Origin: Tubiluchus corallicola
Taxonomy: Eukaryota; Animalia; Priapulida
Assembly: GCA_030141605.1 (NCBI GenBank)
Contig: JAQGDQ010000026.1
Coordinates: 806,001 to 870,000, forward strand
Reading direction: 5' to 3'
DNA length: 64,000 nt
A model generated the notes under the pieces. The model was not told where the DNA came from. It saw only the letters and a program-made list of their open reading frames with translations, and did no database searches. The translations under genes were made by a program, and so were the position numbers. Shown piece after piece: positions 51,101-62,543 of this stretch; the first letter of the stretch is position 1, and each line of letters starts with the position of its first letter.

Positions 51101-53236
51101 AGCATCATACAAAGTGCAACTCTGGCCGAGAGTTAGCAGTAGAAGAACATAGCTGCCTCTTCACCGAAACAGCGAAGATATAATAATGATTGCATTTCAC
51201 ATTAAAAAATATATGCTTTTATATTACTGCGCCAGAGAAGCATATGAACATTAAACAATTACAAAATTTCTGGCCGGTTGTGAGATAAAAAGTATTACCT
51301 GGGCGATTAGACGGAAACAGAAATATTTTTATTGTCGGTCTCAGTATTATGCAACACAGGCACTATGTGAAAGCTAGAGTGTCCTAGATTTATTTCCAGT
51401 CATTTTGAATGTCACGAAGTTGTATTTTTGAAGATGAATGAGAAGAGATATACAAGGAAAACTCGAAAACCTCGATGGCCCAATGTCATTTGGAGGGGTA
51501 TTAAATCTTCATATATTTTTTTTTTAATATTTATCCAGTAAATACAGCAAAATCGAAATACGGAATTGATTTAGGCTTAAATAACACAGATTGGTAGACA
51601 AAAATACCTTTTCTAAATGACATGTATTTTCACGCTTCTATTTTTCAACAAACATTGGCATTAAAAACTGATGTAGGTTATGTTAACGAAGTCTCTCCTT
51701 TTTATAAGGTTTAGTACAGTACAAACTGGAAACCAGTGCTCAACAGAATGAATGATGAACAGATGCGATGAAATTAGACGATAAGACATTGAAATGGCGG
51801 TGGCATTTCTTAACCACATTCGGATATATAATTGAAACAAATCATGTTTCAACAAAAACACCTGAAAATAGCATCTAGCATACAAAAACATACCAGGAGC
51901 AATTTTCAATTTGGTCAACCATCCATTTGCTAACCAAGATCAATGCTGCTTAGTTTTCTTAGCCAAGCACATACCATGACCAACCAGGCTACTAGCTATT
52001 CCTCTTGCCCAGAGGCTACATGTACAGAATTCCAAAAAATGCAATTTGTAGTTTTCGCCTGAGGTATTTAAGGTATGGCTATTTTGTTTTTGATACATTT
52101 TCATGGTCTTTCGGAGTGCAATAATTTTGCACTTAACCTTACTAACTCGCCTATTTCGCTTTGACTTAACAGCCAAAACCTGCTTGGTCTTGTCACTTTT
52201 ACTTTCAAACTTTCAAGGATAGAATGGATGTTTTAAAATGCAGCCTCAAATGCTAAAGACAATTTCACAATTGACAATTTGGTTATAAATTATGTGATAA
52301 AGTTATGCCTATTCACATGTTAATTCATAGCAACAGTTATAATGTACAGAAAAAATGATGAGTAATCACACACTTACACAGCCATTATGAACCTTCAGTC
52401 TTTCTAGGAGCTTTAGTCGACAAACAAAATCTTTATTATCTAAAACAAAAGAAAGAGGAACATTCAGTACTTGGATTTCGGAATAAAAATCAAGTAACTG
52501 GTTTAATCAGCACTGATTCTATAAATAACTGGTCGAGATTTCATTTGTGTGATAAAATTAAAACAATTCTAAATCACATAAGACTCAGACAAGGAAACAC
52601 AGCAGTTAATATATAAAATAATACTAGGTACCAAATACTGGCAGTCTTGTTTTGGCTGTCTTATAAAATTTATTCTGACATTCCTGACTTTCAGAAATAG
52701 GAAGTAATACCACTGATGTAGGTGGAAATTGAAAAGATGTGCATTTTTAAGAAAAATTGAAGCTAAATGTGCATGCTTGTTAAACATGTCTTGATCTTCC
52801 AGTTTCAAAGTGTCTGAAAATGGCAAAAGACTCTGTTAAAGTAAAAACTGTAAAGTCTCTTTTTCTGTGTCAGTACTAGGTCACTGTTACAATGCATGAC
52901 TTACTCAGAAGCCTATGAAACTTCCTAACATTAAAAAATCACTTTGTATTAAGTAAGGAAAAACCCAACATTTATATCTCAGAAGTTTAGTTGGCAAGAC
53001 TTACTTTTAAACGGTTGCTTCAACTTACAGATAATATTATAGTATTCTGTATGACATTTTCAAGCCAGTGTATAAGCAGATTGCCCCAGAAGTCTGGAAT
53101 CATGATAAGTAAATTTATTTCAGGGTTCATTAACATTTTGTGATAACATTTCATATCACTTTAATTCAAAATACTCACACTAACTGCCACCTTTCATAAC
53201 ACGACTTATATTCGACATAACACGACCACCGAACAT
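36163..53236 (-). CDS. DCAF6: DDB1- and CUL4-associated factor 6 (WD40 + IQ motif; NRIP/IQWD1), ~1265 aa, ~19 coding exons
   Basis: Exons: 53236-53191 (uncertain start, weak donor), 52439-52378, 49781-49689, 49276-49199, 48950-48846, 48647-48534, 47811-47676, 47201-47041, 46766-46610, 45471-45331, 44703-43327, 43054-42785, 42159-41797, 39664-39541, 39435-39276, 38811-38655, 38062-37974, 36789-36684, 36221-36163. Diagnostic peptides: [117 protein letters not shown]. Confidence 0.93.
49932..50230 (-). mobile_element. hAT (Tip100/ZMYM1-like) transposon remnant in a DCAF6 intron
   Basis: Terminus-like CAGTGGTGTAGC at 49932; minus-strand peptide [33 protein letters not shown] resembles the C-terminal hAT dimerisation segment. 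Confidence 0.7.
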
Positions 53237-53989
53237 ATGTTCACTCAGTCGACTCGATGCTCCATGGACTCCATTAAGAACTGTCAGAAACTGAGGCCTT
53301 CAAGGCTCCACTCACTCCAGACATTTGCGGATGCTTGTGAGTCACAGCTCCAGCATGATCTTTACTCACTCTTCACACTTTCACCACTCATATGCCAGTC
53401 TCAAATGCTCTGTACGTCTCAACACTGAACATCAAGGAATAATAATATGATTCCAGACTTCTGGCCAGTGAAACGGCTGTGTAGTTAGGAACTTTCTACT
53501 ACAGATGGTACTGCATGGAACATAAACTTTGTTAGAATCCTTCAACTCTATTTGTTATCTTCTGATCAGATGCAGCATTCTGCAGCATACTTGCTTCAGA
53601 GTATCAGTGATAATGAATAATTTACCTGTGGTAGTCAATCCGGCACTATTACATTTTCGCACATCCTACTTTTTTCTGACTTATTGTTTGTGATGCCTGT
53701 AGGCCCTAAAGCAGACTAACAGGCGTAATATACACCATATTCCCATAATATCGCAGTCGTTATTGCGTGGTGACGTTTGTGGCCCTTGACCTGTATTTTT
53801 AGTTTCGTTACATAATTTATGATTATTATGAGTTGCACCCACAGGAGCTTGTGTCGTATTATATAATAATTAATTACAGGTCTACAAATCTGTTTTTCAT
53901 GTATGTTAAGTTGTTAGCTGGTCAACTTGTAATAAAAAATAAATTGCTTTCAATATTAAAAATGTGTATGTTTATTTTTATTGTATTTT

Positions 53990-54200
53990 CCAGCTGTTGT
54001 TGTTCTTATTGTTCTTGTTCTTCGTTTTATTTTTATTTTCCTTCTTTTTCTTCTCCTTTTTATTTTTCTTGTTCTTATTCTTTTTTGTTCTTGTTCTTCT
54101 TGTCCTTAATTGTTGTCTCTGTCTGTCTGTTGTTGTTGTTCTTGTTCTTCTTTTTATTTTTCTTCTTCATCTTCTTCCTGTTTTTCTTGTACTTGTTCTT
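53990..54200. repeat. Low-complexity (TTC/TTG/TTA) trinucleotide tract
   Basis: Directly visible; source of the F/L-rich ORFs. Confidence 0.85.
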
Positions 54201-56065
54201 GATAATGAGTGTATCACATACATTTGTGATAATAACAGTGATGATAATGAGAATGTTATAGGCCTACAGTATAACTTTATTTAAAAATTTAATAATAAAT
54301 GTTTTAGAAACAGCAGCATCACTAAGGACAGCTGAATCTTCAAACTAATTGTAATTATAGGTAGGGTGTAGGCCTCAAATACAATATTTCTAGACCAAAA
54401 TGCCACTATAGTCCTGTGCCATTTTGCATATTCTTTGCTACTACACATTGTCTTCTCTTCAAAAGACTTCTCGAATGATTGGTTTCTCCTTCAGTGTATA
54501 GTCGGACCCAAGCTGACATATACAAGGAATTTTTTAGGAGACTACAGTTATTTATAATTAATTAAATTTATTATTGAAGTATTATTAGATTAATATAAAA
54601 GTAAAGGGTCTTGCCTTTTGTTTGAAAATGCAGTGAAGATAAAATTGTGTCACGTGCCTTTTAAGTTAGGCCCTGAAAATGCATAAGCTAATACGAAATT
54701 TGTCACGTGACCCCACACAAACATGATGGCGATACGAAATGGATAGTGTGCAACTGTGAAAACTACGTAATTATTTGGTATTATACACTAAATATAGCAC
54801 TAAATTATCACGAGATTGTCGGGAACATTCACTGATGACGTGGGACTAATAGAATAATGACCTACGAGCCTAGAAACGAATAATATTAATATAATAATAA
54901 CTTAGAAAGAAGTAGGAGGTGCAAAAGTGCAATAGCGCCATAAATCCTATGTGGCAACGCATCACAAATACTTCAGAAACGTAAACGAATTGCATATCTA
55001 AGTCAGTGTGACGAAATTTAAAAATCTATTTTCTGAATTGTAAGATCAGGAAAATGGTTTAGATACCAAGAAATTGAATTGTACAGTTCCGCGAATGAGA
55101 TTATCCATAGATCGAGAACGTAATGTCACTCGAAACTGACAACCAGGAATGCTAAACAGTGACAACTCGTGAAATAATATAAAATTAGTCATGCTAAATT
55201 GCCAATACAAAAACCAGTCCTACCCTTTATAACGTCATAAACTTTAATTCGCCGTTTTGTGCCTAGATGCGTCTGCACCGCGTAATGTAAAACATTTTTC
55301 GTCATATTTGCCGATGTGAATGTGAGCAATTAAGTAAAGAAAGTTAACAATGACACTATGACAGATGATGAACTCAATCTCCAATCATTTACAGATATCA
55401 CCACATAATAGTGCCACACTGTTTTACAAAGCTGTCAACTGCGTCTGCTGTCAAAGTTTGAAAAAATGGCGCATCATTTGTTTGCACGACAAGTTTGATG
55501 GTGGATTCTGTACGCACAAAATGAAAATGTTGCGAATCCACAGGGCTCTCTTCAACGTGGGATGACAAGTAATAAGCGTTAATCTTTTCTAGTGCATAAT
55601 TACGTAAAATACAAAACTGATTAATCATACAAATTAATCAATCACGAAAATAAATGAAAGAATATATATATATTAAAAAGTGATTAAGTGGGTGCAAGAG
55701 AAAGGGTAGCAAAAGACCATCTGGTCGTTCAGTCAGCTACCCATCTTAAATAAAACAAAAACTAAGCGTTGCAAAATTACTAGAAAAAAACTACAAATTA
55801 GATATAAAAAAACAATGTCAATAAAAACAAACAAAAAACAGTGATAAATTTAAGGCAAAAATTAGGGAAAAAATAACAATAACATGTACAATGTTGCATA
55901 TTTTTTTATTTAGTGGTGTTTCTAGTATTAGTAAATGATCTGGCCTCTGGTAGATATAAATTTTCTAACCATTTACCTTTTGAAACATATACAGGTGCAT
56001 CTTAAGCTGTACGTGTTACCTGGATATGTAAATAAATAAAATCTACATACACACATATACCGTTC

Positions 56066-56070
<5 letters not shown>

Positions 56071-56100
<30 letters not shown>
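56071..56100. repeat. (TA)n microsatellite
   Basis: Directly visible. Confidence 0.95.
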
Positions 56101-56103
<3 letters not shown>

Positions 56104-58016
56104 GCACGTATATACATATACGCACTCTTTGACACACTCATATGTCTCTTCTACGTATGTTGTCATAATGTACTCTAGTATCTAAAAGAATCTTCCTTCA
56201 GCAATTTTCATTTCTATGAATCCGGAATCTAGGGATGTTTCATGTTTTTCTTTCGAATAACTATTGAAGATCAACGTTACCGACACAGTAAAAAAACAAC
56301 CGCATATTTTTGCATGACAGTATAGTTCCCAAGTGGCTGATATTTATTTCGGATACCGATCATTAAGTGGTCAATGGCTGAAATGTATCACCTGATATTG
56401 TTTACCAAGTGAGAAATTTTTAATTTTCCTGAGCTGTGTGTATTGACAACTTAAAATAGAATGTAAGTGTCTATATATTATGTCACTGTCACGTGTCATA
56501 ATTAATAACGCTTCACAGGAATAAAATTTGAAAGCTCAAGGCTTTAAAGGATGTAAAGGAAGCTTACAATTATTATAAACTTTTCTAAAAAAAAATATGG
56601 TAATTTCTGCTCGAAAATATTGGCAAAGTTCAGTTTTTACAAAAGGTTTTTCACATTGTTTATTTTAACATTAATTATACTCATTTTTGCATTCGCTACA
56701 TCAATTAGCAATGCCATTGGATCATTCAGAGGAGAAATTCCAATTAGAAAGAATTTCTGAATTGTGTTAGTTTATTACACACCCGTCATTGGATCTTTAC
56801 CATTTGCCTAAGTTTCAAATTTCTCTTGTTTTCAGTGCCGTAAAGGCCTATAATAGCACCTCTCTTCATGAGTAGGCCTATAAATGTTTGGTTTTTTCGA
56901 TACTTTTGTCAATCTATATGCTACACAAATAGCCCGCTGTTTTACACCTATTATACAGGCTAGGGCAAGTTAGAAAATTTTCAAGGCAAATTCCCTCTGC
57001 CCTCTTGTGAAACTTCCTGCTGTACGCTTATGTAAATCATCTTCATTTCTGTAGTCACACGTACTCTAATATGACTCGTACGATCTTGCATGACTTCCGT
57101 CATCTGCATCCTCACATGTCTTTGTATTTTTTATATCTAATGGACAAGTACATTGCAGATGGTATGTTGAAAAGATCTGTTTGGATGAAATTAATGCAAG
57201 TTAGCAACTGTCCTCCCCTCTTTCTTCAATACTTCTTTGACAGCAGTGCTTAATGGGTTATCGTCTCGTAGTCGCACAACATATTATACTATCCATCTTA
57301 ACCTTCTCCTTTTCATCTTAATTATCCATTTCTTTGCCTTGACTTTATTATACAAATCTTGGTTTGATACTTTCTTTGGCGATTTTCTAGGAGTGACCTT
57401 TAGCTGATTCGCGAAACACAATTAAAGAACATTGATTTATTCTAAATGTTTAAATAATGGATAATTTTCTTAGCTAAATTTTCTGGGCAAATCTAGCTAG
57501 CTGATGAGGGTATATCCCAGTAAAGCATACGAGATTCTGTAACCAATGCAAGGCGTAGACTTGCTCATATTTAACAACTTTTTAAAGACAACTTTGTATT
57601 TTTTTTAACTGAACCCACTTATGCTCTCCAATTTTGGACCATGTTTCAGAATTATGAAACAATGCTGATTTCGCAATTCAGTGATACATTTGCAACTTAA
57701 TATTGCTCAATACCATCAAAACTTATATATTGAATCACAAATTTGTTTTTCTTTGCTCTTGATTCAATTAATGATTCATAATTTGTCCAGTCTCCTAGAT
57801 ATCTATACAATTGTGTTTCACTTACTTTACCATTACTCACATTGTTATTCTTGTACTCATAGCCTCTAATCTATGCTAAATTTTGTAAAACATTGGGGCT
57901 TAGTGTGTTCTCGCCATAAACGATGCAGTGATTCTCATGGTAAGCCACCTATTACAGACATTTGTCCTGTATAATAGTGTAGTAATATAGGCACTGATAT
58001 TGGCTTATTATAAAAC

Positions 58017-60079
58017 ATAAAAGAAATTACAACTGCAAATTTTATTTTTTTATTTGCTGTTAGTGTTTATACACAAGAAATATCTATAAAAGTTTGCAGT
58101 CCGAATAATTTATCTGTTTCTCTGCAACTCTCAGTATGCGAATACAGGCAAAGTCCTGGTTTTTATGAGGACAATTTATATGACGTTTTCTGTGTTAATG
58201 CTACTAAACAAGAACTAGCTGACTGGACGTCAAGTTTAAAGGGAAATATTGCTAATATTTACATTAATCACTACAAGGACAAATACTTACCAGACAGATT
58301 TTTAGTAGGAAAATCGTTAAAAGGATTGTTTTTACGTCACACGAAACTTGAGGCGCTGTCTGCATATTCCATTCATGGTAGACTCCTACGAGTGTCAATA
58401 AGTTACAATAATCATCTTCGGAGGATAGATGTCAGAGCTTTTAGTGAATTAAAAAGTTTAGAAAGGATTTTCGTTTATAATAATCCACTGATGGATGTTA
58501 AACTTGACCTATCCAGGCAGCCACACTTTTCAAGTCTTGAAATCTTCAATCGTGAAAAGTAAAATTTATCAACTAGAGAGACCTGAAAACGTGGATATCG
58601 CATTACAGGGAAATGAAATGATTTGTGACTGTAATTTAAAGTGGGTAAAAACTGAAAGTTGGAAAAGCAGCTCGCTTGACTGTGCCTGGCCAACTCAACT
58701 AAATGCCAAATTAAAACATTTCGCTGACGATTGTGTAAAAACGCATGATGAGTTTGAAGAATATACTGTTTCACTTTATTCAGATGCGAAAATCGAATTT
58801 ACATTTTGCTTGTTGGGCCATAAGAAACTCGAAAGTTTTTTCTGGTTGTGGAAAAATAGCGGTTTTATAAATACGACACACTCAACAGCTGATGGACGTT
58901 TTAATGTTGAGATATTAGATAAGCTCATTGAGCATGACCTTACAGCTCAAAGATGTTACTGTGTTTCATTGACAATAGAGATGTTTGGTGAATCTGATAT
59001 ATACAGGCAAAGTCCTGGTTTTTATGAGGACAATTTATATGACGTTTTCTGTGTTAATGCTACTAAACAAGAACTAGCTGACTGGACGTCAAGTTTAAAG
59101 GGAAATATTGCTAATATTTACATTAATCACTACAAGGACAAATACTTACCAGACAGATTTTTAGTAGGAAAATCGTTAAAAGGATTGTTTTTACGTCACA
59201 CGAAACTTGAGGCGCTGTCTGCATATTCCATTCATGGTAGACTCCTACGAGTGTCAATAAGTTACAATAATCATCTTCGGAGGATAGATGTCAGAGCTTT
59301 TAGTGAATTAAAAAGTTTAGAAAGGATTTTCGTTTATAATAATCCACTGATGGATGTTAAACTTGACCTATCCAGGCAGCCACACTTTTCAAGTCTTGAA
59401 ATCTTCAATCGTGAAAAGTAAAATTTATCAACTAGAGAGACCTGAAAACGTGGATATCGCATTACAGGGAAATGAAATGATTTGTGACTGTAATTTAAAG
59501 TGGGTAAAAACTGAAAGTTGGAAAAGCAGCTCGCTTGACTGTGCCTGGCCAACTCAACTAAATGCCAAATTAAAACATTTCGCTGACGATTGTGTAAAAA
59601 CGCATGATGAGTTTGAAGAATATACTGTTTCACTTTATTCAGATGCGAAAATCGAATTTACATTTTGCTTGTTGGGCCATAAGAAACTCGAAAGTTTTTT
59701 CTGGTTGTGGAAAAATAGCGGTTTTATAAATACGACACACTCAACAGCTGATGGACGTTTTAATGTTGAGATATTAGATAAGCTCATTGAGCATGACCTT
59801 ACAGCTCAAAGATGTTACTGGGTTTCATTGACAATAGAGATGTTTGGTGAATCTGATATCGGCGCTTATTGGCTGTTTATAAATATAGGATCAGAAGTTG
59901 TGACCAGACAACGTGCTAATGTCAGACTTAAACATAAAGATGACACAGATGATACTGAAGATGTGGGACCAAGCAGTCTACTAATAGAAGAAGAAATTAA
60001 AGCAATTGTAAGTGAAACAAAAAAGCAAGGAAAGAGAATAAGAAGAAAATTTTTTAAAAGAGATGGGTCACATAACTGA
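58017..60079 (+). pseudogene. Disrupted LRR-LRRCT-Ig ectodomain gene with an internal tandem duplication
   Basis: Signal-peptide-like KEITTANFIFLFAVSVYTQ after ATA (AAAC-ATA-AAA); LRRs LKGLFLRHTKL and FSELKSLERIFVYNNPL; LRRCT LQGNEMICDCNLKW...LDCAWP; Ig-like FTFC...FFWLWKN...SLTI...SDIGAYW; frameshift at GAAAAGTAA in both copies. Confidence 0.75.
58142..59859. repeat. 859-bp direct tandem duplication (58142-59000 / 59001-59859)
   Basis: By eye the copies are identical except T/G at 58961/59820 region (CYCV vs CYWV); the track shows duplicated identical ORFs at an offset of 859. Confidence 0.97.
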
Positions 60080-60779
60080 CTGCCATAAGATAATGAGTGA
60101 AACCACATTTATTGATAAGTGAAAACTTGTTTGATGCTTCACGGGACATGTGTTGTAAAAGTCCACTGTTAGGTAGTCTGTAATGTCATGTCACCAAGAA
60201 ACAATGTAATGAAGTGCACATTATTAGACCAAATGATTTACCTCTAAGATTATCCCCATTGACATTAAATTTAGCAGAACAAATGTGGCTCACTGATGTC
60301 AAGCATGACTTAATTTAGCAGACTGTTAACATTATTCTTTATAGAGAAGGTGCACAAGAAATTCGACTCGAATAAAATGAAAACAAATTTTTTGTGTGCG
60401 AATTAATAATGGGAAGTCCCTCAAGTCTGACCGACATAATATGGCCGATGTAGTTGTTCAACATTAATTTTCTTAGATACAAATAGTTGGCGTGGTGTAG
60501 CAGCAAATATGTCGCTTTTCGTAATTAGAACAATACCTGTATCACCAAGTCATAATCGTAGCGTCAGTGCGATCGCCAAGGTGATACCAAATGTATGATA
60601 AATATTGGTACTTTAACTTTAGCAACAATACGTCAATAGAACAGAATTCTTGCTATATTTAGCTAATCTGAGCTGAGCATCTTATGCTTGCATATCTATT
60701 TTATAGTTCACTCCTACATTTCATACGTTCATTCTCATTACACTAACCAATCTATTATTTAATTATATCCCACCCTGAT

Positions 60780-61099
60780 ACCATTGAGCTAAAAAAACTG
60801 GTTAACAATGAACTAAATAAGATAGACAAATGGATGAAAGCCAACCGGTTATCAATTAATTTTAAAAAAACTAAATTTATGCTAATTAACAATAGAACAA
60901 ACACCAATCAAAATTTTCATGTAAAAATAAATAGGAAAATAGATGAAACAGGAGACATAAAATACCTAGGCATATTAATTGATAAAAAGCAGTCATGGGG
61001 AGCACACATCAACAATATCACATACAAGTTAAGTCGCATATCGGGAATCATATTAAAACTAAGGAAATATGTTAATCAAGCAACCCTAAAACTCAATAG
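60780..61099 (+). mobile_element. LINE (CR1/L2-group) ORF2 fragment, truncated by the LTR insertion
   Basis: NNELNKIDKWMKANRLSINFKKTKFM...IKYLGILIDKKQSWGAHINNITYKLSRISGIILKLR is typical post-YADD RT/thumb sequence. Confidence 0.85.
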
Positions 61100-61259
61100 T
61101 GTCATATATTGATAATACTGCGTATGAATACCATAGTAGTGCGGATGGTTAGTTGTTGTTTGGTTTATGGCCGCGAGGCATAATAGATTAAACTTGTTTC
61201 TTATTAGATAAATGAAACCCATTTCGTGTTTAAAATAATAAAGAATTACAAATATAACA
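61100..61259 (+). repeat. 5' LTR (160 bp) of the Gypsy element
   Basis: TGTCATAT...ATATAACA inverted termini; internal AATAAA; followed after 1 nt by PBS-like TGGCGATGAG (61261); LINE homology ends at its start. Confidence 0.8.
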
Positions 61260-61338
61260 GTGGCGATGAGTTTCTGAAGGAACCGAGACTTGTCTGCTGT
61301 AAACCACAGAAACCGTAAGTTAGTCATCTATTGTTAAA

Positions 61339-62543
61339 ATGGAAAAAACTGTTATTCCAAAATTTGATTGCCTGTCTGACCCAGCAACTTTGGGCACACG
61401 CTGGCAAAGGTGGCTGACGTCATTTGAACTGTATGCGGACAGCAAAGGTCACATCATTGGAGAAAACGCTGCTGCAGCTGTACGACAGCAGAGACGTGCT
61501 TTTGTTGCACTTAGCTGGCACCGATGTGCAAGAGATCTTTCGCACATTGCCAAACACAGGTGAAGCCAACGACTACGTTGCGGCAGTGAATGCTTTAAAC
61601 ACATATTTTGTACCGCAAATTAATACAGCATTCGCTCGACAGACTTTTCATCAGTTAAACCAGAAACAAGGAGAGACTGTACTTCAGTTTGTTACTCGTC
61701 TACGGATCCGCACGTGATTGCAAATTCGAAGGTGATTCATACAATCAGATTCATGACGCTGTGCTGTGTAAGTGTAATTCGGATTACATTCGTCGTAAGT
61801 TATTAGAATCTGACCAAGACTTAACGCTTGCTAATGTGTTAGATATTGCAACTAAATGTGAGAAAGTTGAATCTCAGATGACATCGTTAGTGGGAACTCC
61901 AAATTCCACTGAAAAAGACAGTTGCAATCTAGTGCGCAGCAAAAAGCATAATTATGCGAAGTCGCGAAAATTTGCACAACGTAACTCCCCAGGAAAGAAG
62001 AAAAATTCTGGAGCCTGCTACAGATGTGGATTGCTCGATCATTATGGACGTGACCCAAATTGCCCAGCCAAAGGTCAAACGTGCAAAAAGTGTGGTGGCA
62101 GAGATCATTTTGCCAAGGTATGCAAGACTAAATTAAATAAGTTGAATAAAACTGGGACCAAATATGCTAATGTTAATCAAGTGAAAAATGATTCAGATGA
62201 TGAAAACTGTCACTATGTTTTTGTAATACAAGATCGCCTGAAAACAAACATGATAACTGTCAATGCAGGTGGTGTAGACATGGAGGCAATGGTGGACTCT
62301 GGTGCTACTTGCAATCTTATTGATGAAAAGACGTGGGAAAACTTAAAGCGAAATAAAATCAAATGCAAATCATGCGTGGCTTCATCTGGAAGAAAGCTGT
62401 ATACCTATGCTTCAAAGGAGCCTCTATCGATTAAAGGCACATTCACATGTGAAGTTAAAACTGGTCAAAAATGGACAGATGCTGAATTTGTTGTAATCCA
62501 TGGTGAAGGTGTTCCATTGTTGGGTGAGGAAACTGCGACAATG
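61339..62543 (+). mobile_element. Ty3/Gypsy gag-protease (frameshifted), Mag/SURL-like
   Basis: RWQRWLTSFELY; LLHLAG...ARQTFHQLNQKQGETVLQFVTRL; twin knuckles CYRCGLLDH...C and CKKCGGRDHFAKVC; protease VDSGATCN...LLG; two frameshifts near 61500 and 61710. Confidence 0.92.

Noticed and set aside
53833-54284. F/L-rich 142-aa and 106-aa ORFs
   Set aside because: Low-complexity pyrimidine tract with no domain signature.
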